Of a DNA stretch of 64,000 bases, positions 14,645-28,615 are shown piece by piece. Position 1 is the first letter of the stretch. Every line of letters begins with the position of its first letter. Below the pieces are notes generated by a model, which worked only from the letters and a program-made list of their open reading frames with translations, was not told the DNA's origin and did no database searches. The position numbers and the translations under genes are program-made. Source of the stretch: Octopus vulgaris. Lineage: Eukaryota. The DNA is taken from positions 73,098,001 to 73,162,000 of the forward strand of contig OX597823.1 of assembly GCA_951406725.2 (NCBI GenBank), read 5' to 3'.

Positions 14645-14815
14645 GGCGTAGGAGTGGCTGTGTGGTAAGTAGCTTGCTTACCGGCGACATGTTTCCGGGT
14701 TCAGTCCCACTGCGTGGCAACTTAGGCAACTTTTTTCTACTATAGCCTCGGGCCGACCAAAGCCTTGTGAGTGGACTTGGTAGACGGAAACTGAAAGAAG
14801 CCCGTCGTATATATG

Positions 14816-14865
<50 letters not shown>

Positions 14866-15065
14866 TGTGTTTGTTCTCCTAACATCACTTGACAACCGAT
14901 GCTGGTGTGTTTACGTCCCCGTAACTTAGCGGTTCGTCATAAGAGACGGATAGAATAAGTAGTAGGCTTATAAAAAATAAGTCCTTGTGCCGATTTGCTC
15001 GACTAAAGTTGGTGCTCCAGGATGACCACAATTAAATTACAGAAACAATTAATAGAGTAAAAATG
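14645..15065 (+). mobile_element. tRNA/CORE-type SINE with internal (TA)/(TG) microsatellite
   Basis: GGCGTAGGAGTGGCTGTGTGGTAAG...GGTTCAGTCCC; GGCCGACCAAAGCCTTGTGAGTGG...; several copies in window. Confidence 0.85.
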
Positions 15066-15996
15066 TAATTAATTATGTGTATATGCGTATAAACAATTCA
15101 TCACTAAAAGATAGATTGATGCGAGGTTTGTCCTGAAATTAATGCAAAAGTGGGCATTAACAATATAGGTTGATTAATACACATGTTGATGGATTAAATA
15201 TCTGTATGCAATTACTCTTCTTCCTGGTATTATTTTTTGCAGGCCTATTATTGTGTCTATGCAAAAAAACAACTTTTATATCGGTATCATCTTCCCCAAA
15301 GGAGTAAGGCATATTGTCCGACATCCAGAAAAGGCCACAGGTTGTTTACGGTTTTAACGCTATTCACAAAAGCAATGAGCTAACATGGATGAAGAAATTT
15401 AATGACAGGACAACCAGCATTGAAAACACGCAGTGAAAGACCATCAACAGCGATGTCTAACATGAAAGATGAAAAGCAATGTTGGCTTCGGTGGAATTTG
15501 AACGCAGGACGCATAGCCGGAAGAAATGCAGCTAAGCAATTCGTCTGGCTCGGCACGGTTCTACCTGGACCTGATGTGAGTTGTTTCGCTTCACTATATC
15601 GTACTTTCAGGAGTTTTTATTTTTGCACCAGACGCATAGACAATATATTCTCCTACGCCAAAAACCGCAGCCGATCCACGAATTAATATATACACTGTGT
15701 ATGTGTTTTCGATTTTGCTTCTATACCTCGAGCTACTTGTAATCCATATTTGAAAAAATATATATATATACGCACGCACGCACACACACGCACACACACA
15801 CACATACACACGCAAACTCAAATACAGATACCTTGCAGTTGCGTTTATAGAGATTATTTCAAAGCTGTGCTGCCCTAGGGTATGTAGCTATACATCTTTA
15901 GACAATATGGTACGTATACATAAATGTAAATGATATATTTGCATTTACGATATTCATTTATGATACACACATACACACAGATGAATATACATATGC

Positions 15997-16049
<53 letters not shown>

Positions 16050-16179
16050 TATGTATATACATGTATATATATGTATGTATATATATATATGCATGTATAT
16101 ATATACATGTATATATATGTATGTATATGTATATGCACGTATGTATATACACAGATATATTTATGTATTGGGAGACAAC

Positions 16180-16260
<81 letters not shown>

Positions 16261-18804
16261 TACACACGTTGCCTACAACGCATACACGTCCATAATATGT
16301 GCAATTATTTAATTTACAAGCTATTCGTCTTTCTTCAGATTCTAAAACCCAATAAAACCATGCATAAATAAATTGGTTTCTACATCCATTGAGGTCCATT
16401 TTTTACATTGAAAGTGATATATTGTAAAGAGATATTGTTCAGAGTTGTATTTTTTGTTGGTAATGTTGCAATCGTTTAGCCATTTGTCATGGGTCTGTAA
16501 CCAATTCCCTGATATATATATTTTACAGCTCGAAATTGATCGGCTTTAAGTCAAGTTCTTAGCAACACATTATGTGATTTGGAATTATAGCAATTTAGGA
16601 TTTTTTCTTTTTTTTTCTTGTTTTCTTTAAAGCAGCAATAATTTCAGAAAACATTTAAAAAAACTTAACTAATAGTTTGGCCTGACTATTATGACCAAAT
16701 TCTAAAATTTCTCAGCTATGAAGTAAGTCACCATCACCAACATTTTTTCAATAACTTTCAACGTTGTAATACTTAAATTAATACACCAGCGATCGAAATG
16801 CGTAGTCGCATGACTCCGAATGTTCATATATACGTACAACCTCAGAAATACTAGAAATACTTTTGTGTGACATTACCAGACCAAATATCTCACTTTCTAA
16901 CTTTTTAATTTCGATTATTGCCTACCTTCACACTATTTACAAACTTCATCCAATGAATATATCGACATTTTATATAGGTCTTTATTTGGGAAAACAGTTG
17001 CATCTAAAGCTCTCGTCTATTTTCCAAACTAACTACTTGTAAATGAAATCATACTCAACTTACGTAATGCCCCAAGAAAATGAGTGAGAGAAAAGTAAAA
17101 AAGAGCTTAATTACTATGAAGAAAAGCAGCTAAAGTTCAACAATTATGTCAAATATTCTATATTTCGTCTTGCACTTGTCTCTTTCATTATTAGAGCCAA
17201 TCTGGGTCTAAACGCTAACAACAGTAACATAAAACACTTGTTGGTGATTGTCCAGCCTCTCTAGTCCACACTTGTAACAAGTATAGAATCTCTAATTTCT
17301 GCCTGGTAAACCTTTTCAGATTCATCCTCACAGGCACATTTTTACTTATAACTATACGACTTCCCTACAGCCTCAAAATAAACACACGTCAGTTACTTTT
17401 AGCGACCATTCCGCATTCGTAACAATGCAATAAACGCTAAACTTGTATCAACCACACTGAAATTTCAAAGTAAAATTTTAAACGTATTACTTATTATCTC
17501 CAAGCTCACTCCTTGCAAGCAATATAAAAGAACGCCAAACATGAAAAAAAATTCTTCTTAGATAATATGAATACACTACACAAACAAAAGTTAAAAATAA
17601 TCCTTGTTACTTAAAATTGTTCTATAATACTTACAACAGACATGCATGGGCATGATCTTATTCGTTCTGAGTGGTAATTGAGAACAGAATTTCAAAGCTT
17701 CTCATGATAACATAACTTTAGACGGGGTATTTTCATTTTAAAAAATAAGGCACTGAATTCCAGTATCTATATATTTTATGTAAATGGGAATTACATCTAA
17801 GTTTAGACTGATTCGAAGTAAAACTACTGTCAAAGTTGTCAGACTACATATCTATTTAAGTATTCTGAACCTAGAAGGTTTAGATGAAAGTACAGTGGAC
17901 ATCGGGTTGATTGAACATAGAAATATTTTAAACAGCTAAGAAAAGTAAGGAAGAGTGATTTCATATTGTTTTGTATTCAAACTGAAATCGTATGAATTCT
18001 CTGAATGGAAGAAATATTTAAGAAATACTGTTATTCATATAAGGAAATTTAGATGGAGTAACAGCATTTCATTTTGCTATATTAGACTAGTCGGTGATAT
18101 TACTAATGTGCAGAGTTTTGGCATTGAATTCGAGAGCATTATTAAAGAAAACATTCAGAAAACGTATGGGATTTATTAAGTACGAAGTTCTTAATTATAA
18201 TACTCGGTTAGTTTGAGAACTTATGGAGATAAAGAGACACATAAGTTTGTGGTGTGGATAAAGAGGAAGCTATTAAGATCTAAGCTTAACTCAGGAGATT
18301 GTTTTTTTTTGCTAGTCAATCTATAACTTATATACAATGTTATATTTTCTGGGGAATATGTTGGAACATTTGCAAGCAATCAAGAGTTTCTTGACATTAA
18401 TTTATGAATGTTCGTTGTCTTCTCGTTGCTGATCACCGACAATCCATCCAAAATTGCTTTCTGATTTTACACGACAATCTCGCACGGTTTAGTTGAATAG
18501 TTGGCTCTCGTGGGATTACTGTAAGGAATATTAGCATTTCGTTCCTCCAGTTTGGCTATTTCACATTATTGCTGCAATGCATACGTGAAAAACAACTATT
18601 TCCTACTAAAAAATATGTTGGATGTCACAAAAAGAAGAGCGAGAGTGGAGTTAGAGAACATATTACTTAAAAAGACAAATTTAGATATCTCACAAATTGA
18701 CACCTTTATGTCTGTCATATATCGCTTTGTTTCTTTTAAGATAAACATGCGCTACTCCACTCTAAACGCTTTGCAACGTTTGTTTTCAAAAGTAGTAGTT
18801 TTTT

Positions 18805-19344
18805 AGTGCAGCCCTCCCGTGAAATCTGGCTTTGTGCTGCTCCCGGCGAACAGTTTTTGGGGACACTGGGTTCTCCAGGTGGTCATAAGCTCTGCAGTAA
18901 TTTTGGGAGCTGTAGTTTTGTGATCCTTTCTAACATTTCGTGTAATAGTCCGACGATCCTTATCTGAAAATGTTAGTTTTCTTCCGGAGTTTTATTTTGA
19001 TGAGGAGGTTTCTCCCTCTTTCTCAAAAGCTGTCATTACTTTCTAGACAGTACTTCTTGATACACCAAACATTTCGGCTGTTTTCGTTACACAAGTGTCT
19101 CCCATACGAACACCAACAATTTGACCTCTTTGACAGTCCGACAGATCTGTCATTTTAATGAATTTTAATTACCTTTTCTGATGATATCGGAAAAGAAACA
19201 GCAATTTTAGCAAAACATATTTAGCAACACTAATAATAAATGAAAAAAAAACATAAAAATAAAGAAGCTTTTGAAAGTTTTATAGATATTTCAATATTAT
19301 AATGCTATGATGCTAGGAGTTTCGATTATTTTGTCCAACCCCTG
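18805..19344 (-). mobile_element. Tc1-like transposon 5' half (TIR + transposase HTH region), pseudogenised
   Basis: Terminus TA-CAGGGGTTGGACAAAATAAT; translation MTDLSDCQRGQIVG...TAEMFGVSRSTV*KV...SGRKLTFSDKDRRTITRNVRKDHKTTAPKITAEL. Confidence 0.8.
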
Positions 19345-19376
19345 TATATATATATGTATATATATATACATATACA

Positions 19377-19450
<74 letters not shown>

Positions 19451-19453
<3 letters not shown>

Positions 19454-21356
19454 TAAGAAAATTGGTTTGTGAAAGCACGTGGTTGAATATATAGAAAATA
19501 GTAAAAAGTGAAAAACTACAGAAGGCTTAAATGTTAAAAAAATGAAACCCTTCCTTAAACATATCGATAGCCATATCAGAGATGACTTAGATATGTTAAA
19601 CCACCTTCCAAAAAAAGCCAAGGAAGAAACAAGCCTGGTCTCATTTGATGTAGTTAACTTATATACCAGTATACCTCATAATTATGGACTAGAGGCAATA
19701 CAGTTCTGGCTGGACCAATTTCCGGAAGAAATACCAAAAAGGATCAGTAAAGAATTCATTACTAAATCAATTGAATTCATCCTTCATAATAACCACTTCA
19801 TGTTTGACAATACGTTTTACCGTCAAAAATCCAGAATTGCTATGGGTACAAGGGCAGCACCAGTCATTGGGAACCTAACAATGGGCTACATGGAAATAAT
19901 CATTTACCAGGAATCTTTATCAATCTTTGGAAACCCCCTTTCTCAATACATAAAAGAGAATTGGAAACGATTCTTAGACGATTGCTTTATACTCTGGAAT
20001 GAAAACACAGATAAACTCCTAAAATTTAAAAACCTATTGAACAGCATAAACCCAAATATACAGTTCACAATGGAATACAACCAAAAGGAGCTCCCGTTCT
20101 TGGATATACTAATTAAAAAAATTAACCTTAAAATAGAAACAGACATTTTTTACAAAGCCACAGACGCCAAACAATACCTTCTTTTTAATTCATGCCACCC
20201 AAGACACACTAAAACAAACATCCCCTTCAACCTTGCAAGAAAGATATGCACAATAGTGTCAGAACAAAATACCAGGAACTTTAGACTGCAAGAACTCAAA
20301 AACACCCTAATTGACAGACATTACCCAACTCAACTCATAGAGGATGGGATCAGACGTGCAACAGAAATCAACATAGAATCTTTAAGAAAAGTTCAACACA
20401 ACAACACACCTTCCCCGATAATACTACCTTACATATCTACATACAACCCCAGAAACAAAGAAGCCTTCACCATCATCACCCAGAATTTACCAATACTTCA
20501 TAAGGACCCCAAATTAAAGGAAATTCTAAACATACACCAAATCATTAAAAGCTACAAACAACCTAAATCACTTAAAAAGATTCTCACAAAGGCAAAATTG
20601 CTTTCTGAAATTACGGATGCAAAAGTAAAAAAATGTGGTAGATCGAACTGTGCAACATGTCCAAACCTGCTAGAAGGATGAGAATTCCTCTTTAAAGAGG
20701 GACAGAAATTCAAGATCAAATCTAACTTTACTTGTGCCTCTGAAAACATAATTTATGTCATAAAATGCTCGGGCTGCCACCAAGACTACGTGGGATCCAC
20801 GGGACTATCACTCAGACGTAGATGCATACTGCATCGACAACAGATTGTATTCCCAGAATACAGAATGATACCTTTTAGTGAGCACATTGAGAAATGCGCA
20901 AAGCAACTACTACCACAATTTTTAATCATTCCATTTTAACAATGTGCAATCGGATCATCAACACAAATTAGACTAAACAAGGAAACATTCTTCATTGAAA
21001 AGTACAAGCCCAGACTTAACCATGCCAACATACTGATACAGAGAAATTCACACCAAGGGAAAAGAAAAAAAAATTAGAAAAAATGTTAAGCGATTATCTC
21101 CCTTACACCGGAAGAAATCACTCATTACCTCCCCTTATTTAGAACTCTTTTAAACATAAACATAACGAAAACTCTATTCAACATAAACATAACGTCGTAA
21201 GAAATTTGAAAAGCTAAACGCGAAACCGGTCTTTCTTCTAAATTATGTCATTGTAAGGAAAAAATAATTTTAATATTCTTCAGACATATTGACGCAAATA
21301 TATATATTTTTTAACCTTTAAGCCTTCTGTAGTTTTTCACTTTTTACTATTTTCTT
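19451..21356 (+). mobile_element. Penelope-like retroelement (Neptune-type architecture), 5'-truncated, with inverted terminal pLTR piece, in (TA)n
   Basis: RT and GIY-YIG coding region; 19494-19541 is the reverse complement of 21308-21355; (TA)n on both flanks. Confidence 0.93.
19542..21077 (+). pseudogene. PLE reverse transcriptase + Cys linker + GIY-YIG endonuclease (in-frame stops)
   Basis: SFDVVNLYTSIP, IAMGTRAAP...GYME, RFLDDCF, LPFLDI, FYKATD..QYL.FNSCHP; linker KCGRSNCATC; after TGA at 20679: NFTCASENIIYVIKCSGCHQDYVGST...ETFFIEKYKPRLN; a further TAA downstream. Confidence 0.92.
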
Positions 21357-21377
21357 ATATATATATATATATATATA

Positions 21378-21747
21378 CACTACCGTCAGAAATTAATTAG
21401 CACCCTTGATTTGCTCTTCACTCAAGGTATGTGCTGTCACCTAGTGGCCATAGCTCGAACTATTGCTTTGTTGCGAGTTCACTGTTGCGCAGAACGATGA
21501 CGTAACTTTGTTTGCAGAGCAGTTTGAGAGTCTACAGCCTTATGATGTTGACATAGCAGTGCAACAACAACTTGGAGTGCAGTGCAGACAAATCTTCCTT
21601 TGTTTAATAGATATAGGTAGCGCCTCGCAAGGACCGAAATCACACCATACTAAGTTTTCTCATCGCGTAAGACGTTTTGAACAGCTCATAGGTTAATTGA
21701 TTTAATGTAGAAATTTGAGAAGTGCTAATTAATTTCTGACACAAGTG
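21378..21747. mobile_element. Tc1/mariner-type MITE (~370 bp)
   Basis: ~26-bp TIRs CACTACCGTCAGAAATTAATTAGCAC / GTGCTAATTAATTTCTGACACAAGTG; TA on both sides. Confidence 0.8.
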
Positions 21748-21755
21748 TATATATA

Positions 21756-22121
<366 letters not shown>

Positions 22122-23149
22122 TATATATATATATATATATGCATATATGTCTACGGGATATCAGCAACTGTAAATAATATGACGTACGAAAACAAACGAG
22201 TTAAATATGCAAACCAAGAAAAAATGTAAAATGGGAAAAGTAACACAAATAACCATCCTACATCAGTTGTTGGCTGTCTGTCTACTCCTCATTTCAAACA
22301 TTCAATAACAATATTAGTCTTTGAAGACAAGTAGTCCCATAACTTCCAAAATAAAATTTTGGATTTTATGGAGGGTCAAAGTTGGAAAACAAAAACAGGC
22401 CAGTGGAGACATACAAGGGAATTGAATGGAAACAAACATGGAGGGTCGTTACACCAGAACGAGGAGAAAATAGTGAACAATGAGAGAAATATTTTCTTTG
22501 AAAAGAGTAAAGATAGGAGAGGAAGATAGAAGACGTCCCCCATCCTTCTCTAATTCCCTTTTTCCCTTCACCGTGGGTTATATGCCTTTATTATCTCCGT
22601 TTCAACATACTGCAAGTTTAATGTTAACATCTCTTACTTCAAACATGTGGTAATTTTCACTATCTTAATAGAAAATACACCGTTGTAGTTTATCCAATCA
22701 GACTCACCCACCGCCAACAGAAAGTTATGCTAACTTCCAAATGCAATACAGTAGACTCTTTCTTGTACAGTTTAGTAATGTATACGTTTATTTGTTCGTT
22801 AGATAATGTATCCATAGTTTTGTTAGCGCTTATATTTCCTTTGAAACTTTTTCAATGAATTGAATCGAATCTCATTTTTTACTGATGTCTATCGTACATA
22901 TTTACTAGCTTTACATAGATACCATCATTATTCACTCTTGAACATTTGATATATTCTGTGAAAGAAAGCAGGTGCTCAGCTAAGTTGATAGTTTGAAATC
23001 GTTTCAAAATTCTATAACAACCAAACAAGCATTGTTCTTAAAGTTATATATTAACAGCAGGTTCATGCTGTAAGTTTATTGCAGATAGAATATAATGTGA
23101 ATTTGTGTTTGTGTGTGTTTGTGTGCGTGTGTGTGCGTGTGAGTGAGTG

Positions 23150-23183
<34 letters not shown>

Positions 23184-23461
23184 ATTATTTTGGTCCGTTG
23201 GATCCAGAAGTCGCTAAGCTATAAATAATACCGTGTAAATATTGGGTATGGATAAAAACAGAGATAAATAGAGATAAGTAGCTACCTATCTACCTAACTA
23301 CCTACACACACACACATATATATATATATAAATAAATTCATACATACATTCATAAATATATATGTATGTATGTATACACACACATATGTATGTATATATA
23401 TATATACATATATATGTATGTATATGCAAATATATACGTATATATATAAATATATACACAT

Positions 23462-23511
<50 letters not shown>

Positions 23512-24210
23512 TTGTACATGTTTATGTGTATATACGTATATATGTATGTATTTATGTATATATAAATGTATATATAAATGTATTTATTAAAACTTGTTTA
23601 ATGATTGTTTGCAAATAGCTGAGCATGAGTATATCTGGTACTGTATGTATTTTGGAATTACGAGACAGACACATTCTCGTTTATAATACATTAAAATATA
23701 AAGCATCAAAAATGGAAAACGTATAACGATAGAATATTTTTCTTTAAAACATTTGTCCTCTGTAGGATTAATTAAATTTGGAAACATTGAAAATATTTGA
23801 AGTGGCTCAAGTGAATTTACGTGACTTTAAAATTGCAAAAACTAGACAAATAAATGTATTCTGTGACGTTAGCAACTGGTAGGACAATCACTCTTCTACA
23901 ACGTATATAAATATAGGCGCGTGTATGTGTGTGTGCGTGTGTATGTGTGTGTATGTGTGTCTGAGTGTGTGTAAGAGAGGTTCTGTGTGTGTTTGCGTAT
24001 GTAATTGTGTATATTATTATATATGTAACAAAACAAACATAAACTTACTCATAAACCACATACACACATACATACATATATGCATATATACATCGGTATA
24101 TGTATATGTACAAATATATGAATATCTATCAATCTCTGTAGCTGTCTGTCTGTCTGTCTGTCTGTCTCTGTCTCTCTCTCTCTCCCTGTATATGTATATA
24201 TATATATATA

Positions 24211-24510
24211 TCAAGTGTATGAGAGGTATTGGTGTCAAGAAGACCCAAAGGTATCAGGTAATGCTGAGTAATTGCTAAGGACAGACTATTGTTAAACTCT
24301 AGGTTCGATAATGATATGAGATAAAAAAAATCCAAGGTTGTGCATAGTTTTCAGAACATTTATAAAGAGAAGGTCGTAATGTTTACTTAAACATTTTCTC
24401 GCACCGTCTCTGATGAAGGGATATATAAAATATCCCGGAAACAGTTGTAAGATCTTCTCTTTATAAATGTTCTGAAACCTATTCACAGCCTTGGATTTTT
24501 TGTTATCTCA
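24211..24510 (+). mobile_element. Miniature PLE fold-back: inverted pLTR end plus hammerhead
   Basis: Arms ~24317-24376 and ~24450-24510 are reverse complements; hammerhead motif between them; TA repeat on left. Confidence 0.7.
24406..24453 (+). ncRNA. Type I minimal hammerhead ribozyme
   Basis: GTCT-CTGATGA-A-GGGATAT-ATAAA-ATATCCC-G-GAAA-CAGTTG-TA-AGAT. Confidence 0.7.
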
Positions 24511-24599
24511 CTCTGTTAAGTTATAGCTAGATAGATATGCATGTATATTGACACTATTACGTATCTTCGTGCATATTTATATATATATATATATATATA

Positions 24600-25062
<463 letters not shown>

Positions 25063-25074
25063 TGATATAATATA

Positions 25075-25925
25075 TATATACGAAAGAAGGTTTGAAAATG
25101 CAATTTAAAAGATGTTTATTTACTTTACCGATTTCACTCTTTGGAAAAAGATCGTCAAAAGTAACATGTGGAAGTTTGGTTGCGTTAATTATTGGTTGTT
25201 GCAAATTGCTACATTACATATATATATACAGTCTTTGGTAACAGGGACATGTTAAGGACATAAAAAAGTTCAACAAGTTCCTTAAAATATTGGGCAAAAA
25301 GATTACATAAATAATCGTTCTCAAGGACATACTTAAGATAGTTTCCAGAAGGAATTGATATTGGTACTGTATCTGTATATTCAAACATGCACAGAATATT
25401 GGTTGACACAGAATACAATAATCCATATAAATATACAGTTTTTGGTGACAACAGTATGCCCATGTTTTCAATGAGCTTGTTAAACTTTTTTTATATTCTC
25501 AACATACTGTTGTCACCAAAGACTGTATATTTATATGGATTATAGTACTCTGTGTCAACCAATATTCTGTGCATGGTTGAATATACAGATACAGTACCAA
25601 TATCAATTCCTTCTGGAAACTATCTTAAGTATGTCCTTGAGAACGATTATTTATGTAATCTTTTTTGCCCAATATTTTAAGGAACTTGTTGAACTTTTTT
25701 TATATCCTTAACATGTCCCTGTTACCAAAGACTGTATATATATATATGTAATGTAGCAATTTGCAACAATCAATAATTAACGCAACCAAACTGCCACATG
25801 TTACTTTTGACAATCTTTTTCCAAAGAGTGAAACCGGTAAAGTAAATAAACATCTTTTAAATTGCATTTTCAAACCTCCTTTCGTATATAATTCCACTCG
25901 TGCGGTACCCCACAACTCCACTTTG

Positions 25926-25927
<2 letters not shown>
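25075..25927. repeat. Long palindrome (~380-bp arms, ~44-nt spacer), probably PLE pLTR-derived
   Basis: 25075-25458 is the reverse complement of 25503-25890 with few mismatches; hammerhead-like motif in each arm; TA flanks. Confidence 0.85.
25801..25845 (+). ncRNA. Hammerhead-like motif with variant core (mirror copy on minus strand ~25118-25163)
   Basis: TTACTT-TTGACAA-TCTTT-TTCC-AAAGA-GT-GAAA-CCGG-TA-AAGTAA. Confidence 0.5.
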
Positions 25928-25985
<58 letters not shown>

Positions 25986-27248
25986 GTCTGTGTGTGTACA
26001 TGCTTTTCATTCATGCATATATATATGTATATAAACGAAGTTATACATAAGTATAAATGCATATATAAGTGTATGCTTGTGTGTACATATATGCGTAGTG
26101 AGAGGTAGAGAGAAAGGAAAGAGAGGGAGAGAGAGGGGAGAGAGAGGAAGAGAGAGAGAGCAATAAACCAATCTAACTTCGGTTGTCGATTTGAGAACTA
26201 TCACTTCCTTTAGGTCATGGATGCCTCTATCAACAGGTGCCACATCAGGCAGTTTTACGCACTCTGTTTGAAAGGCTTGAAATTCAGTCAACCGAAACAG
26301 ATCTCTATATCTAAGTTCCTAAAATGGAATAATTCTGTTCATTAACCTGACCTTTATCTGTATGTTTAAGATGAAATACATACCCGGAAATACCCTCGTT
26401 TCAAAAAAAAGACTCAATATTTAAGGTTATAAGCCATAACTGATTTTGTGTCGTATTTTATCTCCGTTTCAGAATTATATATTAATTAAGAATATATTTT
26501 TTTTTCCAGTTGCCGTTCTATTTCTAATAGCGTAAATATTCTATCCCAACGTTGTTCTCCCCACCCCCACCACATTCAATTTCAATGTGTTTGTTTACTT
26601 ATGTTCTATTTCTTGTATTGTAATGGGAATTAGATTACTGGGTATTCGCTCGCCTAGCAGACGTCTATTTCAATTCCCATACTCCATCTGTCGACGTATA
26701 TTAGTCATATGTCCACAAGAGATGCATACGACGTCTTAACAATGTGAAAAGAAGACAAATAAAATCAATAAGAATAAAATACAATGAAGAGAGTGTGACA
26801 TGAAATGTATATCTGAATATTTTAGTGTGTGTAGTTGAATTAACACTTAACTGAGAAAAGAGAATTCCGATTAATAACATATTTCCATACTTCTAAGTTA
26901 GATCGGCAGTCGTGCATTTATTATAACTAGCATGCTTTGTGATCAGAGAATATTTTGGTATGAATATACCCGAATAAAAGAAAACTCTATTATTAGAAGT
27001 TAAAACAAGCTAATATGAAATTTTATGGCATTTTCAAATTGACACACATGATTCAATTATATTTAAGTGAAGCCATTCGATTCGCAGCTCATGCTATGAT
27101 CATGTTATAACGTGTGCCATGACATTGCGGCAAACCGGCATCGGTTACTAATAATCGAAAACATTCACCAAAGTATGAACACCTTCAGATTTTTCAGTCT
27201 TGTTCCCTTTACCCATTTTCTTTTATGAAGCTAACGCCTAATTTCAAA

Positions 27249-27328
<80 letters not shown>

Positions 27329-27843
27329 GTGCAAATGTTCTGCTGCTTACCCTTGTAATGTTAAATACCCGAGGAAAAAGAAACAAATATAATCATAAAA
27401 ATGTTGTTTTCTGCGATTCTCAGTCAAAAGTAGCCAAATAAATGAGATAACGAAATAAATTCTATAAAACAATTGCATTGACGATGATTTGGGGAATGGT
27501 GAAATATTAGGGAATTACAAAATGCGCAGCGCATGAAATGTGAAATCATTTCCACAAATAAATTTGTACGTATGTATACATATGTGTGTGTTTGTATATA
27601 TGTATATACATATATATATATATATATTTCTTTAATATTATATAGAGGGCATTATTACACATAAATGCCGCACGCTAGGAGGGACTTTTAAAGTCATAAC
27701 TACCAAATATAAACAAATCGTACCGAATGCAATTCTCGAAGCGAGTCATTTAAAAACAGAATTTAGCTGCAGATCATATATACATATATATGCATGTATG
27801 TAGGTATTATGTATGTATACACACATACATACATAACACACAA

Positions 27844-27927
<84 letters not shown>

Positions 27928-28049
27928 GTATGTATACATACAGGAAGCTAATGTCATTGTGTATATGTACATGCATAGCTCTGTGTTTGTGTTTGCTCCA
28001 CGCCAAGGCAAAGCAGTCTTGCTTTGTTAATGTCCCTGTAATTTAACAT

Positions 28050-28270
28050 AAGCGAGTGATAGAATAATTACCAAGCTTAAAAGTCCTGGGGTTGATTTCT
28101 TCGACTATAGGCCTTGAAGATGGTGCCCAGCTGGTACGAATTTTATCGACTTGGAGAGTATGAAAGACAAAGTCGGCATCCGCGGAAATTGAACAGAAAA
28201 CGTGAAGACGACAAAATGCTGTTTCGCATTTTGCCCGGCGTGCTAACACTTCTGCCAGCTCTTCGTCTTA
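28050..28270 (-). mobile_element. Diverged MetaSINE-like SINE
   Basis: Reverse complement of the 697 family head and core. Confidence 0.6.
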
Positions 28271-28559
28271 AGTATGCACATATATATATTGCCACTTACA
28301 CACAAATACATATGAGATTGTAAATACACACATGCATTTTATACATTCACCACCCACCGCCACACACATATATATGTGTATGTATCTACGTGTACATAAT
28401 TGCTAATATAACATGGAAAATACGAAATATTATACACGTCAAGTATGAGCAACAGGTGTTCAAATATGTATATGTGTTTGTGTGCGTGTCTGTGTATGTA
28501 TGTATGTATATATATACATGTATATAACTGCGGGTGAAAGTTTGTGTATATAATAGACA

Positions 28560-28615
<56 letters not shown>

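Noticed and set aside
20679-20681. In-frame TGA as selenocysteine (as in Naiad PLEs)
   Set aside because: Endonuclease is C-terminal rather than N-terminal, the position is not an obvious conserved Cys, a TAA stop also occurs downstream, and no SECIS was recognised
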